From: a virus
Taxonomy: Duplodnaviria; Caudoviricetes
Strand: one strand, 5' to 3'
IMG/VR virus record: IMGVR_UViG_3300022407_002666
Coordinates: 1-44,698 of that record
DNA length: 44,698 nt
Part shown: positions 1 to 6,554 of the stretch, piece after piece
Position numbering within the stretch: the first letter of the stretch is position 1
Layout of the letters: each line of letters opens with the position of its first letter
The notes under the pieces: generated by a model
Database searches by the model: none
The model's input: the letters and a program-made list of their open reading frames with translations, nothing else
What the model was told of the DNA's origin: nothing
Made by a program: the position numbers and the translations under genes

Positions 1-1378
1 GCTCGTTGCCGCCCGGCATGACCTGGGCAAAGGTGTCGACGATGATCACGTCGGCACCGCCCCAGGCCTTCACCGCCTTGGCCACGTCGACCGCGTCCTG
101 TATCTGCATCATGTTGGGGGCGGCGTGGATCACGCCCAAATCCATGTCAGCCAGGTCGAACTGGTTGTGCTGGCCGTAGGCCGTCAGCCGCTTACGAAAG
201 CCGCCACCGCCCTCGGCGGCGATGTAGGCCACCCGCCCCTGCCGGGTCTTCTTGCCGCGCCACGGGATGCCACGGGCGATCGCCGCCGCCATGTCGAGCG
301 CCAGGAAGCTCTTGCCCGAGCCGCTGGCGCCGTAGATCACCACCAGCTCGGCCTGGGGCAGCACGTCCTTGATCACCCAGGTCGGTGCAACGCCCTGCGA
401 AAACTCGCTCGCGTGCATGACCTGGAACCGGTGGCCTGCTTCCGCCACTGCTGGTGCGTCCATCAGCACCTCGAACTCATCTGCGCTTGCGGGGCCGTTG
501 ACCGCCATGCCCGCCAACTTCATCGCCGTGCGGATCGTGACCGTGCGCTCGTGGCTCTTGCCAAAGCTCGACCACCGCTGCAACAGCACCTCGCGCCCGG
601 GGAACTTCGACCCGAGCTCCGACCAGTCGCACCAGTAGTCAAAGCCCTCCCCCTGGGTCTCGTGATGCAGGCCCATGCCGACACTGAGCCAGGGGTCGTG
701 CCCCATGTCGGGGTCAAGCGCCAGCATCAGGCCCTCGAGCTGCTGCGGCGTGAGCCCGACCGGGTCGCCTGCGCTGACGTGCACCTCGGCTGCGGGGCGC
801 GCAAAGCGCCTGGCGCACAGCTCACGCACCGGGCCATCCACGTTGGCGATCGTGTTGCCGTTGTTCTCGAGGTCGACCACATCCAGCCGGTTGCCCGTGA
901 ACGTGACGAAACCCTTGGAGCTGAACACCTCGAACCCGTAGGGCTCGCCGTGGGCTTTGCTGTTGCCATACTGGCCCTTGATGAACGCACGCACGCCGGT
1001 GCCGCTGGGGCTGTACTCGGCGTAGGTGTTCATGACGATCGGGATAAGGTCTGGGTGCACCTGACCATTAGTCACACAGTGATCGAAGTCCAACGCGCAG
1101 ATGTTGAACTCAGGCATGGGCACGAAGCCCACGCCATCAAAGCCACGGCGGGCCGCGGCGGTGCGCGCTGCGTCGAAGGTAGTGAGCTCTTGCCGATCCT
1201 CGGGGCGGCCCTGCACGCCGTGGCGTTTGGGGCCTGAGGTGTAGTACGGGATCTTGCGGGGCTTGTCCTCGCCCTCGTGGTACTCAAAGCGCCACACCAG
1301 CCAGGCTGGCAGGTTGCGCATCTCGTCGGGGGCGACGATCGAAGAGATGTGGGGCTTGATGGTGGTGACCGCGTTCAT
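1..1378 (-). CDS. Primase-polymerase (NrS-1/AEP-like) + PriCT-2 + RepA/AAA_25 helicase, 5' part; continues at 44570..43996 (about 650 aa in total)
   Basis: Not in the ORF track because it runs off the edge. Hand translation from ATG 1378 (RBS GGGAGG): MNAVTTIKPH...WLVWR...KIPYY...ALDFDHC...EYSPSGTGVRAF...FEVFSSKGFVTFTG; a PriCT-2-like stretch WLSVGMGLHH...WCDWS; Walker A GASGSGKS. In frame with ORF 43996..44682. Confidence 0.88.
   Translation of the reverse strand, partial: MNAVTTIKPHISSIVAPDEMRNLPAWLVWRFEYHEGEDKPRKIPYYTSGPKRHGVQGRPEDRQELTTFDAARTAAARRGFDGVGFVPMPEFNICALDFDHCVTNGQVHPDLIPIVMNTYAEYSPSGTGVRAFIKGQYGNSKAHGEPYGFEVFSSKGFVTFTGNRLDVVDLENNGNTIANVDGPVRELCARRFARPAAEVHVSAGDPVGLTPQQLEGLMLALDPDMGHDPWLSVGMGLHHETQGEGFDYWCDWSELGSKFPGREVLLQRWSSFGKSHERTVTIRTAMKLAGMAVNGPASADEFEVLMDAPAVAEAGHRFQVMHASEFSQGVAPTWVIKDVLPQAELVVIYGASGSGKSFLALDMAAAIARGIPWRGKKTRQGRVAYIAAEGGGGFRKRLTAYGQHNQFDLADMDLGVIHAAPNMMQIQDAVDVAKAVKAWGGADVIIVDTFAQVMPGGNE
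2..127. repeat. Terminal direct repeat, copy 1 (circular assembly overlap)
   Basis: Positions 2-127 are identical to 44572-44697 (offset 44570). The primase-helicase ORF reads in frame across the junction. Confidence 0.95.
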
Positions 1379-1403
1379 AGGCGGCCTCCCGTGATTGATG
1401 GCA

Positions 1404-1492
1404 TGGCGAGCTTTCAAAGGCGCCATGGGTGGGGATTCCGAAGTCGCCAAACCCTACCCGCTGTCCACGGGCCGGAACCCCCACCCATGGCG
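1404..1492 (-). ncRNA. Structured 5' leader of the primase gene (C4/CI-antisense-like riboregulator candidate)
   Basis: 20-bp stem 1421-1440 / 1473-1492 whose only mismatch is a G-U pair on the minus strand. The loop contains GGGTTTGGCGAC, and TGGCGA is complementary to TCGCCA just upstream of the primase RBS. Confidence 0.5.
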
Positions 1493-1514
1493 GGACAGAT
1501 TGGTTTGGCCCCGC

Positions 1515-1531
1515 TACTGTAGCAGACCGTA
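1515..1531 (-). promoter_or_regulatory. Extended -10 promoter (TGcTACAGT) with operator-like site, upstream of the primase leader
   Basis: Minus strand CTTTACGGTCTGCTACAGT. Same architecture as the site at 2142-2160. Confidence 0.55.
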
Positions 1532-1536
1532 AAGCC

Positions 1537-1710
1537 TCACACCGCCCGGCCAAACCTGCGCAGCCACGCCCCCGTGAACTCAACCTCGCCCCGCTGGCGG
1601 GACATCACGTGGTACTCGCACACCCAGCTGGCGCCCTCCCGGCGCTGCAAGGTGACGATGTTGCCGCTGGGCAGCATCACCCGCAGCCCCACTTTCAGGT
1701 GGGTGATCAC
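1537..1710 (-). CDS. Hypothetical protein (57 aa)
   Basis: MITHLKVGLRVMLPSGNIVTL...; GTG start overlaps the stop of the upstream ORF (GTGA coupling). Confidence 0.6.
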   Translation of the reverse strand: MITHLKVGLRVMLPSGNIVTLQRREGASWVCEYHVMSRQRGEVEFTGAWLRRFGRAV

Positions 1711-1808
1711 TCGCCCCGGTCCCGACCGTTGGCCGACATCAGCGCCGCAGCCAAGAAGCCGAACATAAACGACAGCCAGCACAGCACCCCGATCTGCCAC
1801 CAGGTCAC
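1707..1808 (-). CDS. Small membrane peptide (33 aa)
   Basis: MTWWQIGVLCWLSFMFGFLAAALMSANGRDRGE has a single hydrophobic helix; coupled to the Cro-like gene. Confidence 0.6.
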   Translation of the reverse strand: MTWWQIGVLCWLSFMFGFLAAALMSANGRDRGE

Positions 1809-2134
1809 AGCGCGAGCTCCAACTGGCGGGCGTCCACGATCGGGAAGTCCGACACCACCGCCCTGGAGCCCAGGCACTTGGCCGCGTACTGGCACGCCCG
1901 GCAGGCCTCGCACAGGTCCGTGCGGTAGACCTTGGGCAGGCGCCCCTTGCTGAGCCGGTGCATGTCCGCGGTGGCCGCCTCGATCGCGCCTGCCCGGGAG
2001 GCGCTGGCCTCACGGTGGCCGCCGGCGTATTGGTAGAGGTTGCCGCGGGTGGTCTGGGTACGGTGCGCGAGCACCTCCTGTTCCTCTGCGGTCGCTGCGG
2101 CCATCCAGGCCTTCATCGGGGTAATGGTTTTCAT
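1805..2134 (-). CDS. Cro-like HTH regulator with C-terminal Cys cluster
   Basis: LAHRTQTTRGNLYQYAGGHREAS is HTH-like; C-terminal CEACRACQYAAKC; divergent from the repressor. Confidence 0.7.
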   Translation of the reverse strand: MKTITPMKAWMAAATAEEQEVLAHRTQTTRGNLYQYAGGHREASASRAGAIEAATADMHRLSKGRLPKVYRTDLCEACRACQYAAKCLGSRAVVSDFPIVDARQLELAL

Positions 2135-2141
2135 GGCGTGG

Positions 2142-2193
2142 ATTTTAGCAGGCTGTAAAGGTCTTGCAGCAATAGGCTAAACCTTGCTACCCT
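2142..2193. promoter_or_regulatory. Divergent promoter/operator region (genetic switch)
   Basis: Leftward TGcTAAAAT lies 7 nt before the cro ATG. Rightward TTGCAG-N18-TACCCT (TGn-extended) lies 8 nt before the repressor ATG. Operator-like TAGCAGGCTGTA (2146-2157) and TAAACCTTGCTA (2178-2189). Confidence 0.65.
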
Positions 2194-2201
2194 GCCCGGC
2201 C

Positions 2202-2618
2202 ATGAAGTCTGTCTACGCCACCCGCCGCGATAACTTGCGCGCCCTGGTCAAGGAGTGGGGCGGGCCGACCTCCATGGCCAAGAAGCTCGGCCACACCAAC
2301 GGCAGCTACCTGGCGCAGTTGATCGGCCCCAACCCCTCGCGCGAGATCTCCGAGAAGGTCGCCCGCGAGATCGAGGGCAAGCTGGCGCTGCCCGTCGGTT
2401 GGCTCGACCAGGAGCACGACGGCCAGGGGCGCCAGGTCGACGACCAGGCCCTCGGCGAGTGCGTGCGCGCAGTGGCTGCCGCGATCCGTGACGCGGGCCT
2501 CAGACCCAACCCCGACACTTATGCGAATCTGGTTAGCTTGGCCTATGAACACACCAAACTCACTGGCCGGGTCGACGAACCCTTCATCACAAAACTCGTA
2601 AGGCTGACAGCGAAATGA
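2202..2618 (+). CDS. CI-like phage repressor (HTH; no S24 autopeptidase domain)
   Basis: MKSVYATRRDNLRALV...MAKKLGHTNGSYLAQLIG...ISEKVAREIEGKLALPVGWLDQ is a typical CI N-terminal domain; only 138 aa. Confidence 0.8.
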   Translation: MKSVYATRRDNLRALVKEWGGPTSMAKKLGHTNGSYLAQLIGPNPSREISEKVAREIEGKLALPVGWLDQEHDGQGRQVDDQALGECVRAVAAAIRDAGLRPNPDTYANLVSLAYEHTKLTGRVDEPFITKLVRLTAK

Positions 2619-2782
2619 ACGACGAGCAGCTCAAGCAACGGATCGCTTACCTGGTCGAACACGGCGGCATCTGCGACGACCCCCTCCACGACATCCGGCG
2701 CCACATCCGCCTGCTGTACTGGCTCGGCGCCGGTGGCACCATCACCCTGTTGCTTGACATCGGCCTCCACTTCTTCCGCTAG
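2615..2782 (+). CDS. Small membrane protein co-transcribed with the repressor (55 aa)
   Basis: Not in the ORF track. MNDEQLKQRIAYLVEHGG...LLYWLGAGGTITLLLDIGLHFFR; ATGA overlap with the repressor stop; C-terminal hydrophobic helix. Confidence 0.65.
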   Translation: MNDEQLKQRIAYLVEHGGICDDPLHDIRRHIRLLYWLGAGGTITLLLDIGLHFFR

Positions 2783-2800
2783 CCGACCCCCCGGTTTCCT

Positions 2801-2831
2801 AAAGACCCGGCTTTTTAGTCGGGTTTTATTT
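2801..2831 (+). terminator. Intrinsic terminator of the repressor operon
   Basis: ACCCGGCT-TTTT-AGTCGGGT followed by TTTATTT. Confidence 0.6.
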
Positions 2832-2859
2832 GCGTGTGTGTTTTAGCATCTGCTACATT
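2830..2859 (+). promoter_or_regulatory. Early sigma70-type promoter with operator TAGCATCTGCTA (2844-2855)
   Basis: TTGCGT-N18-TACATT with TGn extension; the palindrome overlaps the -10. Confidence 0.7.
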
Positions 2860-2892
2860 ATCGACATCGCAACAAATTAACCGGAGAACGAA

Positions 2893-3117
2893 ATGACCTA
2901 CCCCTGCACCGAATGCATTCTTGACCACATGGCAGCCAGCGGCCCCCAGGAACGTAAAGAACTGAAGCGCGAATGCCGCACCCAAGCCGTGCCGTACAGC
3001 GACGAGCTGTTTGAAAACGCCATCTTCACTTTGCTTCAGCAGCAAAAGATTGTGCTGGAAACCGACAACTACTACGACTTCCCAGAGGCTTACTACAACG
3101 CACAGATCGGCGCTTGA
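2893..3117 (+). CDS. Hypothetical early protein (74 aa, possibly winged-helix)
   Basis: RBS GGAG; first gene after the promoter at 2830. Confidence 0.65.
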   Translation: MTYPCTECILDHMAASGPQERKELKRECRTQAVPYSDELFENAIFTLLQQQKIVLETDNYYDFPEAYYNAQIGA

Positions 3118-3154
3118 TCACAGCGATCTGCCCCCGGGCAGATCAGTGTCATCA
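3115..3154 (+). repeat. Intergenic hairpin repeat, copy 1
   Basis: TGATCACAGCGATCTGCCCCCGGGCAGATCAGTGTCATCA; near-identical to 3438-3477. Confidence 0.8.
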
Positions 3155-3173
3155 ACCCAACCGGAGAAACAAA

Positions 3174-3440
3174 ATGGCAACCAAGTACGCAGTCGAATAC
3201 GCCAACGGCCACCGGGACGAGTTCACCGCCAGCCAGTGCCACCAGGCCAAGCAAGTGAGCAATTACGACGGCACCCGGTTCTTTTTGGCTGGCGCTGAAG
3301 TGACCGGCGAAGTTTGGTTCGCCGCCGTGCACGCCGCCATCGACGCCGCCTGGGACAAGAAGAACCAGACTCACAAGCGCGTTCGCGTCCTGCACGGTAC
3401 CAGCGTCGCCTGCTACGTCGAGAAGTGGGTTCGCCGCTGA
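3174..3440 (+). CDS. Hypothetical early protein (88 aa)
   Basis: MATKYAVEYANG...; RBS GGAG before ATG 3174. Confidence 0.7.
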   Translation: MATKYAVEYANGHRDEFTASQCHQAKQVSNYDGTRFFLAGAEVTGEVWFAAVHAAIDAAWDKKNQTHKRVRVLHGTSVACYVEKWVRR

Positions 3441-3477
3441 TCACAGCGATCTGCCCGGGGGCAGATCAGTGTGATTA
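3438..3477 (+). repeat. Intergenic hairpin repeat, copy 2
   Basis: TGATCACAGCGATCTGCCCGGGGGCAGATCAGTGTGATTA. Confidence 0.8.
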
Positions 3478-3495
3478 CCCAACCAGGAGCTTCAA

Positions 3496-3807
3496 ATGGC
3501 TATGAAATTCAAAATCCTCATCGGAGGCAAGCGCAAGGAAATCGCCGCGCGCCGGTTCTCCCATTACGTGGACAACGTGCGCTTCTGGTTTGCGGTGCAC
3601 CCGTCCACCCAGTTCGTCAGTCAGTTGACCGTGTCGCACTGGGAGTCCGGCAAGGCCGTGTGCCACATCGACAACATGACTCGCATCGCCGGTGTCGGCA
3701 TGTCAGACGCCGACCTGGGCCGCGCCCAGATCAACAAGTTGGTCGGCCGCGTTGGCGCCATCAAAGTTTCCACCACACTGCGCGAAGCAGAGAAAGAAGC
3801 CAAGTGA
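3496..3807 (+). CDS. Hypothetical early protein (103 aa)
   Basis: RBS AGGAG; MAMKFKILIGG...VSHWESGKAV. Confidence 0.7.
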   Translation: MAMKFKILIGGKRKEIAARRFSHYVDNVRFWFAVHPSTQFVSQLTVSHWESGKAVCHIDNMTRIAGVGMSDADLGRAQINKLVGRVGAIKVSTTLREAEKEAK

Positions 3808-4013
3808 GAGCAACCATCCAAGAAACCCCAGCCCACCGGCTGGACGTCAGCCTCAAGCGGGGCGCCTACGGCACCCATCTCATGCTGATCACCTTCGTGC
3901 CCACCGCACGCAACCCCGAGGAGCAGGTCAAGTTCCAGACCACGCTGTCGGATACCGAGCTCCGAAACTTTGAAAAAGTTTTGTCTGCCGCTGTAGCATC
4001 CGCTACAATCTAA
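3804..4013 (+). CDS. Hypothetical protein (69 aa)
   Basis: GTGA-coupled start; MRATIQETPAHRLDVSLK... Confidence 0.6.
   Translation: MRATIQETPAHRLDVSLKRGAYGTHLMLITFVPTARNPEEQVKFQTTLSDTELRNFEKVLSAAVASATI
3981..4009 (+). promoter_or_regulatory. sigma70 promoter of the replication operon with operator TAGCATCCGCTA (3994-4005)
   Basis: TTGTCT-N17-TACAAT, near consensus; the operator overlaps the -10. Confidence 0.75.
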
Positions 4014-4038
4014 CTTTACCAACCCGAAAGGCATCCCC

Positions 4039-4446
4039 GTGATTCAAGTCACCCTCTCATTCCCCGACCAGGCCGCCCTGGTCCAGTTCTTCACCTCGGT
4101 GAGCGCCCCGGCGCCGGTCAAGGTGGAAGCCCCAAAGCCTGCACCTACCCCAGCTGCCCCCGCGACGGCTACGAAGACCGCCAAGGTCACTGCGCCAGTT
4201 GCACCTGCTGCGGAATCCCCTTCTGACCCAAAGCCCGAGCCGGTGGCTACGACCTCTTCGGAGAAGCCCTCCGCATCAGTCGTGGACTACCCCACCCTGC
4301 AGAAAGCAGTGTTCGCCCTGGCCGGTAAGTCTCGCGAGTCGGCCGCTGCGGTGGCCGCCAGCATGGGCGTGAAGACGTTCAAGGAGCTGCCCGAGGCGAA
4401 GTGGGCCGACGCCCTGGTCGCTGTGAACGCCGCACTGGCTGCCTAA
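4039..4446 (+). CDS. Conserved hypothetical protein preceding the DUF2800 gene (Pro/Ala linker, helical C-terminus)
   Basis: RBS GAAAGG; C-terminal ...MGVKTFKELPEAKW; this position is typical of the DUF2800-DUF2815-PolA module. Confidence 0.7.
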   Translation: MIQVTLSFPDQAALVQFFTSVSAPAPVKVEAPKPAPTPAAPATATKTAKVTAPVAPAAESPSDPKPEPVATTSSEKPSASVVDYPTLQKAVFALAGKSRESAAAVAASMGVKTFKELPEAKWADALVAVNAALAA

Positions 4447-4448
4447 TC

Positions 4449-5717
4449 ATGGCCGAGCTCGCACACTCCAAGTGGTCGGCCTCGGGCTTTGAGCAGCGCA
4501 TGCTTTGCCCTGGGTCCTACGTCCTGCAGGCCGGCAAGCCTGACAGCGCCAGCAAGTACGCTGCCGAGGGCACCGCCGCCCACCAGGTGCTGACCTGGGC
4601 GCTGCAGGAAGACCGCCCAGCCAGCGCTTTTATTGGCCGGGTAATCGAGGCCGACGGTTTCACCTTCGAGGTTGACGAGGACATGGCCCGCCACGTCCAG
4701 GTCACCCTCGATTACGTGGCCGACCTCAAGGGCGCCGACGGCATCGTGTTCGCTGACATCCGTGTCAACTACAGCACCTACCTCGACACCCCCGAGGCGG
4801 AGGCCTGGGGCACGGCGGACGTGATCATCGCGCGTGGCAGCGAGATCATCGTGATCGACTTCAAGTACGGTATGGGCGTCGAGGTCAGCGCCGAGAAGAA
4901 CCCGCAAATGAGCTTGTATGGGCTCGGCGCGCTGCAGGCCTACCACGGCCTGGTTGCTGACTTCGAGACGGTGCGCATGGCCATCAGCCAGCCGCGCATC
5001 CGCACGGCGCCAAGCGAGTACGACACCACGGTGGCCGAGCTCGAGACCTGGGGCCGCAGCACCGCACGCAGTGCAGTGATGACCTGCGTCAACGCGGATC
5101 GCACCAAGCTGGAAGAGGACGACCAGCGGTGGCTCGAGATCTTCGTGCGCCCCGGCGAGAAGCAGTGCAAGTTCTGCCGAGCCAAGGCCACCTGCCCGTC
5201 GCTGCGCGCCGAGGTGTCGCTGCACACCTTCAGCGACCCGGCAACACTTGACGAGTTCGACGACACGGCCACCGCTGCCGAGCCGAAGACTCTTAGCGAT
5301 CACGACCTGGGCCGAACCCTGGCCGCGTGCGACATGATCGAGGACTTCACCAAGGCCGTGCGTGCTGAGGCCGAGCGCCGCCTGCTGGCTGGCGAGCCCG
5401 TCACCGGGTTCAAGCTGGTGCAGGGCAAGAAAGGCAACCGCGCCTGGTCCAAGCCGGCCGACGTCGAGGCTCTGCTGAAGTCGATGCGACTCAAAGAGGC
5501 CGAGATGTATGACTTCAAGCTGATCAGCCCGACGAGCGCAGACAAGCTGGCCAAGGCCGGCACCATCGGCCCGCGTCAGTGGCCAAAGCTGCAGGAGATG
5601 ATCACCCAAAAAGACGGGGCCCCGCATGTGGCGCCCTCATCAGATTCACGCCCGGCTCTGACAGTCACGCCGGTTGTTGATGACTTCACCGACGTGACTG
5701 TCAATTCTCTCGCTTAA
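4449..5717 (+). CDS. DUF2800 family Cas4/PD-(D/E)xK-like exonuclease
   Basis: HSKWSASG...CPGS, AAEGTAAH, GTADV...IDFKYGMG, NPQMSLY, CKFCRAKATC. Confidence 0.85.
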   Translation: MAELAHSKWSASGFEQRMLCPGSYVLQAGKPDSASKYAAEGTAAHQVLTWALQEDRPASAFIGRVIEADGFTFEVDEDMARHVQVTLDYVADLKGADGIVFADIRVNYSTYLDTPEAEAWGTADVIIARGSEIIVIDFKYGMGVEVSAEKNPQMSLYGLGALQAYHGLVADFETVRMAISQPRIRTAPSEYDTTVAELETWGRSTARSAVMTCVNADRTKLEEDDQRWLEIFVRPGEKQCKFCRAKATCPSLRAEVSLHTFSDPATLDEFDDTATAAEPKTLSDHDLGRTLAACDMIEDFTKAVRAEAERRLLAGEPVTGFKLVQGKKGNRAWSKPADVEALLKSMRLKEAEMYDFKLISPTSADKLAKAGTIGPRQWPKLQEMITQKDGAPHVAPSSDSRPALTVTPVVDDFTDVTVNSLA

Positions 5718-5740
5718 CTTTTCATAGGAACTTTTCACTC

Positions 5741-6316
5741 ATGGCAACTACCCAACCCACCGGCCGCATCCTGCTCAAGAACGTGCGCCTGGCATTCCCC
5801 AACCTCTTCGAGCCCACCACCGTGGCCGGCGAAGGCAAGCCCCGCTACAGCGCCACCCTGCTGATCCCGGCGGACCACCCACAGATCGAGGAGATCAAAG
5901 CCGCCCAGCTGGCGATCGCCACCGCCAAGTGGGCCGGCAAGGCTGCCGCCATCGTCAAGGGCCTGGACAAGCAGGACAAGCTGGCGCTGCACGACGGCGA
6001 CACGAAGAGCAAGTACGACGGGTTCCCCGGCAACTTCTTCATCTCGGCAGCCGCCCAGGAGAACGCAGCGCCCACGGTCATCGACCGCGATCGCAGCCCG
6101 CTGAGCGCACGCAGCGGCCGCCCCTACGCTGGCTGCTTCGTCAACGCGAGCATTGAGCTGTGGGCCCAGGACAACTCCTACGGCCAGCGGGTGAACGCGC
6201 AACTGCGCGGCATTCAGTTCTACCAAGACGGCGACTCGTTCTCTGCTGGCCGCCCAGCCGATGCCGACGAGTTCGAGGAAGTCACCGAAGGCGCTGGCGC
6301 CGACGACTTCGCCTGA
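5741..6316 (+). CDS. DUF2815 family ssDNA-binding protein (T7 gp2.5-like)
   Basis: VRLAFPNLFEP...KPRYSATLLI, YAGCFVNASI, LRGIQFYQDG, acidic C-terminal tail ending DDFA. Confidence 0.85.
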   Translation: MATTQPTGRILLKNVRLAFPNLFEPTTVAGEGKPRYSATLLIPADHPQIEEIKAAQLAIATAKWAGKAAAIVKGLDKQDKLALHDGDTKSKYDGFPGNFFISAAAQENAAPTVIDRDRSPLSARSGRPYAGCFVNASIELWAQDNSYGQRVNAQLRGIQFYQDGDSFSAGRPADADEFEEVTEGAGADDFA

Positions 6317-6326
6317 TCACTGCGGG

Positions 6327-6543
6327 GACATGCACTCCCCTTCTCGATTCACCCACGAGACAAACAGCTGAAGATTAGGACCCCCACCGCCCGCTCGTGA
6401 TCCACGGTGGGGAGTCCGAACAGGCCGCGCATGTCATCAAATTACAGCGGTTAATTTTCAGAACGGGTGATTTTTGTTGAGGGCGGCGTGCGGCCGCACA
6501 TCACTGGGTCAAAAGCTGAGAATCCCAGCGCCCTCACCAAAAA
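6327..6543 (+). ncRNA. Structured intergenic RNA candidate upstream of the DNA polymerase
   Basis: Nested stems GACATGC/GCATGTC, TCTCG/CGAGA, GGAC-CCCCACCG/CGGTGGGG-A-GTCC, and TTTTTG-T-TGAGGGCG/CGCCCTCA-C-CAAAAA enclosing two hairpins. Confidence 0.45.
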
Positions 6544-6554
6544 CGAAAGCACAC

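Noticed and set aside
1-127. 126-bp terminal repeat as a physical direct terminal repeat of the virion DNA
   Set aside because: It falls in the middle of the helicase coding sequence and its length fits an assembler k-mer overlap. It shows circularity only.
125-1237. Long + strand ORFs (125..1237, 20438..22633, 30734..33328, 40911..41828, etc.)
   Set aside because: They are antisense shadows of real minus-strand genes caused by high GC3; no RBS and no motifs.
4449-5717. Cas4-like nuclease as evidence of a CRISPR system
   Set aside because: It is the standard DUF2800 replication-module nuclease. No repeat-spacer array or other cas genes are present, and the 3115/3438 repeats are separated by a whole gene.
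6368-6423. Hammerhead ribozyme (CTGAAGA...stem...GAA)
   Set aside because: There is an extra TTA before stem II, GAAC instead of GAAA, and no convincing stems I/III. Kept only as a generic structured RNA.
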